From: Antedon mediterranea
Lineage: Eukaryota; Animalia; Echinodermata
NCBI RefSeq assembly: GCF_964355755.1
Contig: NC_092673.1
Coordinates: forward strand, 11,876,948-11,940,947
Reading direction: 5' to 3'
Length of the DNA stretch: 64,000 nucleotides
Under the pieces are notes generated by a model. The model had not been told where the DNA came from and searched no databases. It saw only the letters and a list, made by a program, of their open reading frames with translations. This document shows positions 14,901-27,828 of the stretch, piece by piece; the first letter of the stretch is position 1, and every line of letters starts with the position of its first letter. The position numbers and the translations under genes were made by a program.

Positions 14901-17900
14901 TTCTCGCGAATCGATTATACAGCCGTTGGAACTTTCATCATCATCGTACAGTTAGACAAATATAAAATAACTGCAATGCGAAAACCATTGATCGTTATAG
15001 ATGTGTGCACCTTAGCACTCATTGCACCTTACTATGTTTATTTGAACTAAAAACTCTCTTAGATAAATCAATGGCCACGCACTTACAAACACCATACCTC
15101 GGGCGGGTGTTCTCATCGGATCATACACAGATATTATCAAATCTAATTTCTTTTATTGGACTCTGCTAACTACTATAAACATATCGCCGCCATTTGTGAG
15201 TGTCAGATTACGTAGAGAAAAAATAGATTATATATAGGCCCTGGTATAATATTCCAACTACAGTCTTATAGCCACATTTTGGTTTTTGTCATCAGCATAG
15301 AATAACATTTTTTTTAAAATTGAATAAAAATCGAACTTTGCATAAGCCTCTCGACACTCCACCAAAATGTTGAGTGATTTTAGATGATCGGAAAAGTTTG
15401 TGTACGCAGTGACGAAAACAAGTTATTTATATAATGTATACAAAATATAATAGGCCTAAGAAGAGATAGACTACTTTAATTAGGCCTTATAACGCAAAAG
15501 GTATAACTTCAAACCACTTTATATGGTTACAGTGGCCTAATGATAAACTAAATAAAACTATTGTCTTAATGTATTTACCATAATATTCGATATGTTGGCC
15601 TATATCAGTGTGGCAATTAAAATAAATACAGAATAAAATAATATGCATGACGTACGGTATTTAACATGGGCGACTGTTACAATAAAAAGATAATAGCTTG
15701 GCACGCATCCACTGACAACGACAAAACATCGTTTGTTTCAGCAATTTTTATATCGTACCTAACAATTTGACTTGCCAACTAAAATGATTAGATAGGCCAT
15801 ATTATTCAAGAAATAAAACGTTATACTAATATTACAAAACCTTTTGAAAAAAACATATGATTATGTGAAGTGACTGAAATGAAATGCGGGTCTTCCTAAA
15901 TAAACAAAAAATACATATTGTAGAGGCCTTATTTATAGTGTGGTTGAATAAAATTCAGAAACACGAAGGCCGCACAACTTTTGAAAGCTGGATTGGCGAT
16001 GAATGGGAATTGGTCTACTATGATTATTATTATTCTGATCGTATGGTTTGTAATAATAGCACACGAGTTAGAGAAACACAGGAATATCGATCTATATACT
16101 TTAAAATATGGTTGTTTATTCGTCGCGAGGCATGTGAACGTAAGTCAAGTATTGCCAATATTATTCGGATATCTCCGTGCCATAACCATATGGGTTTTCA
16201 ACAAAGTCAAAATCACTATTGTCATTATTGCTATTCGGTCATGTGTGCAAGATAAATAAAAAAGTAAAATTCGTAATCTCAGAAAATAAATAGCTCCAAA
16301 ATAGTATTTTCAAACGTTATCTTTTTAACGTACAGTAAGTCTATAGGCCGATAATAAACTGTTTTATTATTTTGTTGTTGTTACAAGTATTTACTCTCAT
16401 CTACTTTTGATATTCAATAAATACCATTGTTAGCAGACAAAAAAAATCAATAATAAAATGTTAGATTTGAAAGATCATAATACACATTTTATTCAATTTT
16501 ATGCTTATAAAATCATGCAATTGAATCGTCACCTTACTAAATTCAAACATGATCTAGGCTTGTAATTTTATTATATGCATCAGTTTGTTGTCTTGTTGAT
16601 TTCATTTGTATTTTCTTAGGTCATGTTGTTTATCAAAATTGCATAATTCCTCCCTTAGAGACTATTTTTCATTTAATTTAATGCTCAAGTATGTAAAGTA
16701 TTATTTATTGCTTTCGAAGAACAGTACAATTTATAAAACAGAATAAATATGATTGAAAATAATAAATACATTAAACTTGAGAAATTAAACATGGAAAGCA
16801 GGGGATAACCTGCCAAGCCCAAAGACTTGTCTAAGAGGGTCCCCAATATAATAAATTAGGCTGGGTTTAACAGATCTAATATTTCAATAAAATTTGAAAT
16901 GAGAATTGTTGGTCGCATTACTCTGTTCTATCAATTATTCCAATCATGGAAAAGAACAAATTCTGTTATTATCCCTGGTCAAACGAATCTTTCGTCTGGT
17001 AGGAAATAACAGTCACATAATAATAACGCTGTCGATTTGCGCGGTTGAGTTCGTCTGAATAAGTAAAGACGGTGACAACTTGATCAGGTAACCTTTCATG
17101 AGTTCATGAAGAATTCAGACAAGGACTGTTAACGAACCAGAAAATAGAAAGCAACTGGAAGCAGTTACTTAATATAACATAAATGCCAATCAGAACGCTA
17201 GTGATCTATAACAATTATACTATTACACAACGGAACTCTCAAGACAGCTATAAGTTCTTCAGGTGAGAAGTCAGTTTAACAAGCCTGCTGAAAGAATCTT
17301 TACAATAAATAGGCCGAATAGTAAAACAATTCAATTTTTCGTGTTCAACTTTTTTTTAGCAAATTCTTCATATAAATCCTTCTTCTTATAAACTAAGATT
17401 TGGTTCCTAGCTTTTTAATTATTAAGCTTATGTGTCATGCTTTGTCCGTGGAATTATTAAAATTATATTAAATTAGGCCTAATAATAATAATAGCAATGA
17501 ATAAAACTAGTAGTAAACTATCTCATTTGATATGTTATGTATCTGTTAAAGTGATGTCATCCAATATTTATTTTATACTCTTTAAATTAACTGGAAGGAA
17601 CTATTAACATTTCGCATCCAAATTAATATTTATTTTTATCAAGAAAAAAGGAAGTACCTGTAGCTAGTTCTTCTTTAGTTTACTAGGCCTACTTTTTACG
17701 GAGATCATTTTTTTACATTTCTTAATATTCGTTTGAATTGATTCTGTGAGTCCAAGGGTCGAACGTAATGACGATATGTGAAGGGCTTGGCTAGCGTCTT
17801 CAAGTGGCCGTTTTAATTAAACTGGATTGCATGTATGCTGATTTTGAAGTGTCTGTCATAGGAGTCATCAAAACCATGACATGCTAGAAATTAGTTATCG

Positions 17901-18250
17901 ATGAAATCAAGATGCTTTATACTAACTAGGTTACTCGGATAATTGTCTAAATATCAAAGGTGCATAACGTAGGCCGACCTAGAACACCAATAAACCAAAC
18001 CACATAAAGATTATGCGTATAAACAGGCCTATTACACCGATAGAAAATGGCAAAACTGTTACCTCCAAATATAGTTTTAATATCTAAAAATTAAAAGGGC
18101 AACCTTTGTAGACAATGGTATTAATTTACGAACCGTTGATAAATGACAGTAGCTATATAATACTCTTATTATTGTCTTAATATGATTATTGTAAATCACA
18201 TGGTTTTTTTTATAGGCCTATACCGAATAAATATAAAATTATTTATAAAT

Positions 18251-18310
18251 CCCCGAATCCGGAACCTTCTGCTTGATATGCAGATATCCTAACCATTACC
18301 CACTGGAGCT
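18251..18310 (-). pseudogene. tRNA-derived fragment (SINE head or tRNA pseudogene)
   Basis: Minus strand AGCTCCAGTGGGTAATGGTTAGGATA-TCTGC-ATATCAA-GCAGA-AGGTTCCGGATTCG: A-box-like segment, perfect 5-bp anticodon stem with 7-nt loop, partial B-box. No 3' acceptor strand. Confidence 0.5.
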
Positions 18311-20221
18311 TTCATGGTATTGTTCAAACTCGATTGGATAGCGGCTCTTTAACATTCTCGACGTGGTACGGCGGAACAGCACGTATATATAATTATATAT
18401 AAACGGATAACGCCCTAATAAATATCACTGTTATATGTATTACATGTATTTTCGATTCGATTTCGTTTTTAAAGCGGATTTAATTTTTCTATAAAATAAT
18501 TTTCACGAAGCTAAGCTGGCGATGGATTTCTGAAGGGTGCTCACTTATTAATTGATTAAACATAGTTATTATTAAAAACATATCGATCTTTTACAATTGT
18601 ATGCTTACAGGATGTTGTAGACAACCCGTGAGTAGGTTGGATAAAGTAATTTTAAGGGATGGGTACGCAACTACATTATTATTTGACTACATTATAAGCT
18701 ATTGCTACCGTATGTGTGTTTATATTTGTATAACTACAACAAAGGTTCTTGTTTTCATATTTCTTTATTACCACCAATCCATTGGAATATACACCATTAA
18801 AGATAATATATCTGGAGTAGCTATCCCCACGACACACACGCATCCCTACAACCACGGAAGGCCGCAGTATATATATATATATATAGAGAGAGTAAAATAT
18901 AAATTAATAAAATAAAAATGATGCATATGTACCTATATGCAAAAAAATGTGAATGTATAGGTAGATGAGAAGGCATGTATTGAAGAGAATGTGTTGCATA
19001 TCATTGTGTTCAGCAGCAGCTGTTGATAAAACTGCATGGCATTTTTAGAAATTTCATGTTATTTAGAAGTAATATGGTGCCCTACAAAGAACAGAACGCC
19101 TAACAATACAAGCATTATTAATTAAAAAGAAGAGTTTTAAGCTGATGTTAAATTACAATTTCCAATTAAACCGCACATAAGTAAAAATAGCAATAGTAAT
19201 GATGATAGGAATCACAGATATTATGATAAATGACTTGTATTGTAGTAATTCTTAGTAAAAGGTTACCATTGTTTTATTAATATTAGATATTATAGGCTAG
19301 TGATAATTAATATAGTAGGCCAGCTAATTACCATTAAGAAAAGACAAAGAAAGCAAAAAACGAATAAAAAAAAGATTGTAATTAGATGGATGAATTATTG
19401 ATCTAAATAATTCCTTCATGGTACTACAATCTAATTACAATTATAACAATACTCACAAATTATAAATAAAATAAATTATTATATAGTAAACATTCATTTT
19501 GGAAGCTTTCCCAGTAACAATAGCCTTCCTATCTAAAAAATAAAAGGGCAACTGTTGATAAATTAAGTAATAGTTTATCTTAGGTTCTATACTATAATGA
19601 ATATAATTTAATATAATACACAATCAAATGTTTTGTGTAGGCCAAAATAGTAAACAAATAATCATAATGCATGTATGGGCCTCCAAACAAAATAAAACGT
19701 CAAAAACAATCAAGAAAGAAGCTTTTGTATATTTTGTAAGATCATTTTAATCCAGACCTTTTTATTTGAATTTCCCAGTGTGGGATGATTAAAGAATTTT
19801 GAATTGAATTGAATTATAAAGAAAGAATGTATTTTATAAATAATATATAAATTGGTATTTATTATGGGTATCCATCTGGGTGCTCTACAAACATTAACTA
19901 GTGTCCTTTTCTGATATCTAATTTCATTGTGTTTACATTTGATGAGGTATTTATTTAATTACAAAGAGAGGAACAATATAATATAGTATATCATTTATTA
20001 AAAAAAAAAGAAAATGTTACATACATCCTAAGTCACTTCTTGGATGACCAAGCATATGCAGGGCAAAACAAAGCAAAAGGCATATTACAGTAAAAAAACA
20101 CATCAAAAGGCATACAATTCAGTTGGTATACAATTTACAGTTATAATCTATATTATTAGGGAACAATTTTGTTAAATTTATTATTTGTATTTACACAAAT
20201 CACATACCGTAATAATATCCT

Positions 20222-20335
20222 AAATTTATAAAGCGCCTAATGTTGTAAAACCTCTAAGCGCTGTATATAAGTTGTGTCTTAACCTTACCAGGTACCCATT
20301 TTTACACCTGGAGAGAGGCAAATATCAGTAAAGCC
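20222..20335 (-). mobile_element. Degenerate SINE body/tail downstream of the WDR38 stop codon
   Basis: Minus strand ccaggtgtaaaaatgggtacc (Nin/Deu-type SINE central motif as recalled), then agcgcttagag...ggcgctttataaa (L2-like SINE tail). Confidence 0.45.
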
Positions 20336-20508
20336 TCTACACATTAGTCTACATGTATAGCCCTTTAGTGTCATTATTTAATGCTGCTGCTACTGTTGAA
20401 ACTCATGATTATTCAATGTTACAAGTTCTGAATAATGTACATGATCGCACTATAAACTCACTTCAGACTTAAAGTTAAAATATATTTGAAATAATACAAT
20501 TTTACAAT

Positions 20509-20631
20509 CTATTCCGGTTTACTTTCATCCATCGTCATAGTAGTCTTTCTTTTAATGGGTATGAGGGCGCCAGACACAATTAAGCTTCCTTCAATTGAAA
20601 AAGAACACATTTGAAGCTGTTCAACTTCACC
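20509..20631 (-). CDS. WDR38: WDR38 exon 9 (terminal coding exon)
   Basis: GEVEQLQMCSFSIEGSLIVSGALIPIKRKTTMTMDESKPE-stop; tttcag acceptor. Confidence 0.88.
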   Translation of the reverse strand, partial: GEVEQLQMCSFSIEGSLIVSGALIPIKRKTTMTMDESKPE

Positions 20632-20685
20632 CTGAAATAATAATAGGATTTGAAAAAATATGAGACCTATAATAAGTTTATAATA

Positions 20686-21006
20686 AGATATATTTTCCCC
20701 TTGAAACGTTTTTTTTTTCACATTTTGTTGTTGAATGTCATTTTGATTTTTTTTTCCATAATTAATAGTTATTCACAAAAATTGGATCGAAAAAAACAAA
20801 CAAATTCTTTTCCTGAAAAAAATGTAAATTAAAGCAAAAAATAGTGAAATTAGGTGCCAGTCAATGGGGTTTTGGTTGAATTTAACCGTTAGTTTTTGTC
20901 ATTTTAGTGAAAACATTATTTTTGTATTTTATATATATATTTTTTTTTTGAGGAAGTGATTAAATTTATTAAAAATACAAAATGGCCTATTTAAAATCTG
21001 ATTTTA
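20686..21006 (+). mobile_element. Dispersed Kolobok-like MITE family copy (left part), interrupted by the piggyBac-like element
   Basis: Starts agatatattttcccc. Shares aaaaattggatcgaaaaaa...taaagcaaaaaa...tgccag.caatgg...tttaacc with copies at about 26560-26858 (ends gaaaatacatct-TTAA) and 9480-9585. A related start ttaaagatatattgcccc is at 35015. Confidence 0.6.
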
Positions 21007-21010
21007 TTTA

Positions 21011-23664
21011 CCCTTTCACTGCGTGTTCCTGGTATTACAGGGTATGGGAAAAACAATTATTTAATCGTTTTGCCTATAATATATAGCAACCTCTATAATT
21101 TTGGATAAACTTGAAGATATTTGCCATTCATTTTTTTAGCACAACATGCACCCTCTATATGTGTTATCATCGTCAAATAAATTTCAATTTCAACTTGCGC
21201 TCTCTGGGGAATAGATATCATTTTCAATTTGGAAAGTTGTATTATTAGTTATAATGGCGGAAAAACATCCCACATTACCAAATTTCACCCACCCAAATAT
21301 CGTGTTCATCGTAATAGGCAAAAAAAATTCTGAAAATTGTTATTTTGTACAACACATATTTTTTTGGAAAATGTCATTTTTTTACGATTTTGACCCAAGA
21401 TTTATGCGTAATTGTAAACGATAAAAATAATCCAAATGTTGTTATATTTAGTTATCCACAATGCCTTCGCATAACTCCTTGTTATTCTATAAAATCCTTT
21501 TTTTTCTCTGTAATATTCTTTCTTTCAAAATCATTCTTGTGTCTCGTGTAACTCTAAAACGTGTAAACATAACATTTCATTTTTAAATGACACTTGGTAA
21601 AAGTTTAATTAATATTAAGGGCAAACTTTCTGTGGATAAAAAATGGTGTGTTGTACACAAAGTTACACACGCACATATAAAATTTGAAAATGCGCAAAAT
21701 TCATTTCAAATCAACTTTATACGCAAATCATGACATTTTGCCATGTCAGAATTTCCTGCGCACACTTTTTTCCGCGTGATGCACACGGAATGTAAACAAT
21801 TAATATATATATATATATATATATTATATTTTTCTAGCCTTTCCTAGTTATTGAAAAAAAAAATTAAGACCATTTCTACTTTTAATCACGCCATACGAAC
21901 ACGTTGAATTAGACAATTTGAGCGCATTTTTGTCAAAATTACAATATTGTCAAAATAATGCCTATTTTGAACCTATTATAGCCCTTCAGGATCAAAGGTG
22001 ACCCCAATTTTTTTAACTTATTATGCAAGCAGATAAGTTGTAGGTATGAATTTATGCAAAATTGTTACCTCTAGGATGTTATGATGTCATCATATGACCA
22101 CCCGAATATAAAATATAGAATTTTTTTCTTTTTTGTCATAGTTCATCACATTTAATAGAGCGCATCTCGCTTATCCATACCTAAATTTTCTCCAGATTTT
22201 AATATTTGTTTGCTTAATAAATTATCTTTAATCATGTCAAAAACGCGAGTAACTTGTTTTCATCTTTACTGTAAATTTTAATCTTTTATACCTTCTCTGA
22301 ATGAAAAGTGATACTCATTATTAAAATGTTTTCTGGAAGCTGTTGAATTGTAGATATGAATTCATGTAAACATTTTTTCTATCGGATGTTGTGACATCAT
22401 CATATGACCAGTTGAATAAAGATTTTCATCTTTTGCGTCTCAGCTCATCATATATAAAAGAATGCGCATCTATATTCTACGTAGCTGAATCTCTTTAAAG
22501 ATGTATTGTCCCTTTGACGAATTCCAAAAAAATTAAAAATAAAAGATTTCGAAAAAGGGTGGGTTATTTTGAATTATCATAATAGTTATTAACTTTCACC
22601 AAAAATTAGTCGAAAAAAAAATCATTTAACTGAAATAGACGTTTTTTTGTTCCAAAAATAACTTTGACTTCCAGTCAAAGTTTTCAATCAAAACATATCC
22701 CATAATGCAACGCGCTTGTTTGGCTACTCTGTATGCATAATCATAAAACTTCCTGGCGATCTGTGTGAAAACACCTTCTCAACCGTGACGAGTTGTAAAC
22801 AATCCTAATTAGCATCAAGCATAATATACTCGTGGTTTGAAATCTTTGTTTACTTTTGCTCGTGATGATTTTCAAGACCAAATTTAATCAAACTAATTTA
22901 CCTGTTATGTAAACGTGTTGTTTTTGGGGAAAATTTCCGCTTAAAGTGAATAACTTTAATATTACTTTGATGATGGCCAATTTAAATTTAGAATATTTTG
23001 ACGTTCATTTTTTGTGTTTTAAGGGACAATACATCTTTAACATGTTACTATGTTGTTGCTCAGATTATTCTCTTCCGAAATTGCTATCTTTGTGTTTCAT
23101 TTTTATGACGTCATCATGTTAAAAATTAGAATCAAAGGTGGGTCCCGTAATTTCACCTATTCTACACCGTATGTCATATGTATACAGATTATACTATGTA
23201 TACTGTATAGGACACAAAATAGACAGAATTCGGTATTCTTCATGTCATCATGGTATAATCTTTTTCTGTGACGCAACATTCCAACGTATAGCGTGTATGT
23301 GGCGTTTGTCGTGCGGATAACTAACTCGTCAAAGTGACTAGTTCATATCTAGTTTTATTTATTATACATATCTTCATCAATATCCAGAGGGAAACCTATA
23401 TTCCATAAGAATTTATCATAGAAAATAGTTTTTATCATTGAATTGACAAAAAAAAGGACTTCCAAAATAGCTGTAATGACGTCACATGACATCATTAATA
23501 TGCAAATTGGTTTTTTTTTACTCCTAACTGTTGACCAACCTTTTGCCCACGACACACCACAAAAATCTCATTTAGTATTTTTTTTGCAATTTATTAAAAT
23601 AACATTTTTTTCTTAAATAAATATTACTCACATAGGTGGAACTAATGCTGTTGCAGTGAAAGGG
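21011..23664. mobile_element. Non-autonomous piggyBac-like DNA transposon in WDR38 intron 8
   Basis: 12-bp TIR ccctttcactgc / gcagtgaaaggg with CCC..GGG ends. The paralogous empty site in the 26.8-kb MITE copy is tctgat-t-TTAA-tcttcattttt. No transposase ORF. Confidence 0.7.
22499..23036. mobile_element. Kolobok-like MITE nested in the piggyBac-like element
   Basis: Perfect 15-bp TIR agatgtattgtccct / agggacaatacatct, flanked on both sides by TTAA. Confidence 0.75.
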
Positions 23665-23895
23665 TCTTCATTTTTCATGCTTTAATTATTAAAGCGTTAA
23701 TTTCATACCAATAAATGTATTGTATTGTACAATATTAACCATATACATTTAGAAGTATATTAAATGATATGATTTGTTATCAAATTCTACTTAAATGTTT
23801 CATGCTCAATGTTGATATGAACTTAGTTCATGCTACAAAGTTCTAACTAAAGATGACCAGAATAGGTTTGATTATATAATCAATGTTGAACGTAC

Positions 23896-23943
23896 CTCAA
23901 TTGTTTTACAACATTTACCACTAACTGCATCCCATATTTTAAT
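23896..23943 (-). CDS. WDR38: WDR38 exon 8
   Basis: IKIWDAVSGKCCKTIE; tttttag / gtacg. Confidence 0.9.
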
Positions 23944-24394
23944 CTAAAAATTAAGAGAAAATATAAATAACTTAAAATATTAAAATGAAAAAATGCACAC
24001 ATCGAACTGTAATGCTTGGAACCCTAAAATCACTAACTCTAACAGCCTTCAGCTGCTGTTCATTGGAATGCTATTCCAAACTCAGGAAATCTGAATCGGT
24101 CTCCACATCCAACAACTTTTCAAATGCCACCTTTTTAAATTGCAATTTTATGATTAATCTGTTGCTGTTTTATAACATTTTCTGTAAATTGTTCAGTGCT
24201 TAGAGGCAGCCTGCATTTTGCGATATATTAAATGAAATATAATAACTCAATTTTGTTGATATATACATTTTTCAGAGACAATCTGTCACAGGCATCTACT
24301 GTAGACAAAACGTGTTGTTTTTAAATTTATGTCTCAATAGGGTACAACATTCTATTGCAGAATACACAATCTTAAAATGACAAATTATAATTAC

Positions 24395-24544
24395 CGTTTC
24401 ATCATCACTGACACTACCAAGCATAGTACCATCAGAAGTAAAGCATACAGCACGTACCCAGCCTGTGTGTTCATTAAGAACATGAATGATTGTACCATGT
24501 ACAGGATTCCATATGTGTACAGTTTTATCCCACGACCCAGATGC
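24395..24544 (-). CDS. WDR38: WDR38 exon 7
   Basis: ASGSWDKTVHIWNPVHGTIIHVLNEHTGWVRAVCFTSDGTMLGSVSDDET; ttctag / gtaat. Confidence 0.92.
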
Positions 24545-26057
24545 CTAGAAAACAAATCATCAACACAATTGTATGTTTGTCATTTATGTTTACAATTACA
24601 CATTCACTTACTTTAAAAAAAAAAAGACAAATGTACTATCTTGCTTCTTTCAAAAACCCTACTATGCTGGTCAGTATGTAGGCATATACACTAAACAGCT
24701 AAAAGGTAGTATGAGATAAATTTCACCTAAAGACCTACAGTAAAATTAAATCAACCAACCATGGTGTTCTAGGCTGGGTTCCTCCTGACCATTTTACTCC
24801 CAGATATTTACCTACAGTATTTTTTCCCATGGACATTTTCACTGGGACCATATCCCCACCCTCCCCCTCCCCCCACATCATTATATTTTATCATTATTCA
24901 AACCAATTTAAATCTGTTTTTGAAAAGTACAGTAAGTATAATAGTATTTTTTGTAAAGGGCCCTAGTACTGTTTCTATTAAACTCTTTATTTAACACTAC
25001 AGTATTCTCTCAAACTGTTCATGATTTTTCTCAATAAATACAATATTTATAGTTCTTACCTATCTTTATTTTGTTTAAATGTATGTCCACATTGATTTTA
25101 CATATGACTTTGTCTTTGATATTGTGTTTATTGTTAGCAATATTATAGCTATTGTATAATTTCTTTCTTCATTGTTATTTCAATAATAAAATTTGGTAAA
25201 CCGCGAGTTACTTCTAGAATGTTTACTCTATGGTATATAAAGTTGGTTCGTACTTTCGGTGCTGATTTTAACCACCTGGTGTAACCCTGTTTACTAATTA
25301 AATTGAGTTAGAAAATTATTTATTGACATTAATTAAAACGAATTTAAGTTTTGCCCCAAATAGGGGTGTTTTCCGATCGTCGTATACACTGTCTAATGGA
25401 TGTCCATCTTGAAAAATACCTGCACACAATAATACGAGGATGCTTCGCATTTACCCATCTCCTTCTATGATAATTGTTTTTAGCTGAAAACTGGTTGAAC
25501 AGCTCGAGTACAGCATCATAATGTTGAAGACAGCCCAATTTTCTTTAAAAATACTATTTTGATAGATTTAATATACGTTTATACAAATGTATTGGTTTGC
25601 GATGAATGGAACATTCCAATTTTTTCAGTCTCCCAATCTAATTATTTGTATAATATACAAATAAACTTTATTACCGACAGTTGCTTCTCAACGTTTGTAA
25701 TTAATTAATAATTACAAAAAAACATAAAGGTCGTAGTGGTGTATCGTCACATGTACTTTACTATTTCAATCGACAGTGACAGTTTTAGCAAAATGTTTTA
25801 CTGTATTTAGTGGTATATTATTTATAGGCCTATAGAACAAAAATAATTAGTTACTGAGTGAATAAAGAATATATTTAAAAATGGTTCCCCTTTGTATCCA
25901 TCCTCTTCCCTATCCCTCAATCCTAATGTTAGATACAAAACACAAATTGGGTTTGTTTAAATGAGTCCAAATTTGGCAACGGCCTGTGGGAAAAATACCG
26001 GAGGGAGAAATGAAACTGAAACTGGCCTGCTCCCGTGGCTAAGATGGTGAATACTCT

Positions 26058-26500
26058 CAGGCCCAACACATGGTTGTTCTACAATTCAATTCAACTTCAT
26101 TTAACCACCTACTGTAGGCCCAGGCCCAACACATGGTTGTTCTACAATTCAACTTCATTTAACCACCTACTGTAGGCCCAGGCCCAACACATGGTTGTTC
26201 TACAATTCAACTTCATTTAACCACCTACTGTAGGCCCAGGCCCAACACATGGTTGTTCTACAATTCAATTCAACTTCATTTAACCACCTACTGTAGGCCC
26301 AGGCCCAACACATGGTTGTTCTACAATTCAACTTCATTTAACCACCTACTGTAGGCCCAGGCCCAACACATGGTTGTTCTACAATTCAATTCAACTTCAT
26401 TTAACCACCTACTGTAGGCCCAGGCCCAACACATGGTTGTTTTACAATTCAACTTCATGTAACCACCTACTGTAGGCCCAGGCCAAACACATGGTTGTTC
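26058..26500. repeat. 58/63-bp minisatellite, about 7.3 copies, WDR38 intron 6
   Basis: Unit caggcccaacacatggttgttctacaattc(aattc)aacttcatttaaccacctactgtaggcc; units are near-identical. Confidence 0.95.
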
Positions 26501-26559
26501 TTCTGCGGCTGTGCACAAAAAAAAATACAATTATAATTTCAACAATGTTTTTTAACAAT

Positions 26560-26858
26560 ATTATGATTGTGCCCCTTATTTTTTATTTTTTTATTGAATA
26601 TGCCATTTTAATGTCACATTATAATTATTCACTTTGACCAAAAATTGGATCGAAAAAAATGTATTTACCTGAAAAAACTATAATTTAAAGCAAAAAAATT
26701 GGCTGCCAGCCAATGGTTTTTGGTGAAATTTAACCATTTAGTTTTTCATTTTATAAGTGAAAACATTTTTTTTTCTTCTACCGATTAAAACTACAAAATA
26801 ACATATTCAAAGTCTGATTTAATCTTCATTTTTCTTGTTTTTGGAGGAAAATACATCT
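26560..26858 (+). mobile_element. Second copy of the Kolobok-like MITE family
   Basis: Homologous to 20686-21006; right end ggaggaaaatacatct-TTAA. Confidence 0.6.
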
Positions 26859-27234
26859 TTAAAAGTGTTATTAAAGTTTATGTTTAAATGTCAACACCAA
26901 GGTTATTCCATTCAAGTGCACTTTCATGTAAGGCTACATTTTTTATATTCAGTCTTATGTAAAGGCAGAGCAACATTTAAGTGACTATGCCTAAGGTTGA
27001 ATGTGTTATTACAAATCTAAATAAATTGAGATAGATAGTTAGGAGTTAAAATTAATTATGAAGAATTGTATACAAGTATAAGACCATTTGCATTTCAGAC
27101 AATGTTTGACACAACTATACTGTTATAGACATTCACACGAGAGTGTTTAAAATGGTATGGTAAATCAATCATTAACAATTTTGATGTCAAAACAAAAATC
27201 AAAAATCAGAAGAAAAAAAAATAGAAAATCTTAC

Positions 27235-27366
27235 CAGCATTCCAAGTTTAGAGAAGCATAGAGCAAAAACATTTGATTTGTGACCATTCAACACAATGCA
27301 ATCAGGCATATGTACATCATTTGACAGCCTCCATACTCTTACTGAATAATCCCATGAACCTGTAGC
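27235..27366 (-). CDS. WDR38: WDR38 exon 6
   Basis: ATGSWDYSVRVWRLSNDVHMPDCIVLNGHKSNVFALCFSKLGML; ttcttaag / gtaag. Confidence 0.92.
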
Positions 27367-27522
27367 CTTAAGAACAATAAACAGTCAACAAAAGTCAAAT
27401 AAATTTTTTTTTCTTATAAACTGTGCTGAGTATTGACAATTTATCAAAATAATTTTTCTATAGGTTAGTAGGAAACAGTAGCATTTAAAATGTTTGAGAT
27501 TTAGATTTTGGAACCATTTAAT

Positions 27523-27560
27523 TTCCTCACAAAAAGAACCATGGTTCTTTTTGTGAGGAA
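27523..27560. repeat. Perfect 38-bp palindrome
   Basis: ttcctcacaaaaagaacca|tggttctttttgtgaggaa, no spacer. Confidence 0.95.
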
Positions 27561-27707
27561 TCTTTTCTACTGTACTGTATAGCTCCAGGATTGATATTAA
27601 ACTAAATTATGATAGTTGAATACTTTACTGAATTAGAAACTCAAAGTATACTCAATGGTGAACACTTTAGGCTATTAGGACTTAATGTTAAGAGCTGAAA
27701 TACTCAC

Positions 27708-27788
27708 TAAAAGTTTGTCATCAAAGGAAAATGCTGAGCACTGAACAAGATCTTTATGTCCAGTTAGGACATTTTTTGCAGCTCCTTC
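27708..27788 (-). CDS. WDR38: WDR38 exon 5
   Basis: EGAAKNVLTGHKDLVQCSAFSFDDKLL; aaatag / gtgagt. Confidence 0.9.
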
Positions 27789-27828
27789 CTATTTAAAAAA
27801 AAAAAACCCATCGTAATGTCCACTTACC

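Noticed and set aside
15884-16259. Overlapping 123 and 92 aa ORFs
   Set aside because: No recognisable domain or splice context.
16760-17280. Possible decayed CR1/L2 3' end on the minus strand (also VWNSIP near 24070)
   Set aside because: Only isolated WN-type motifs amid stops; too weak to call.
26058-26500. CRISPR-like regular repeat
   Set aside because: No unique spacers, eukaryotic intron, no cas genes; it is a plain minisatellite.
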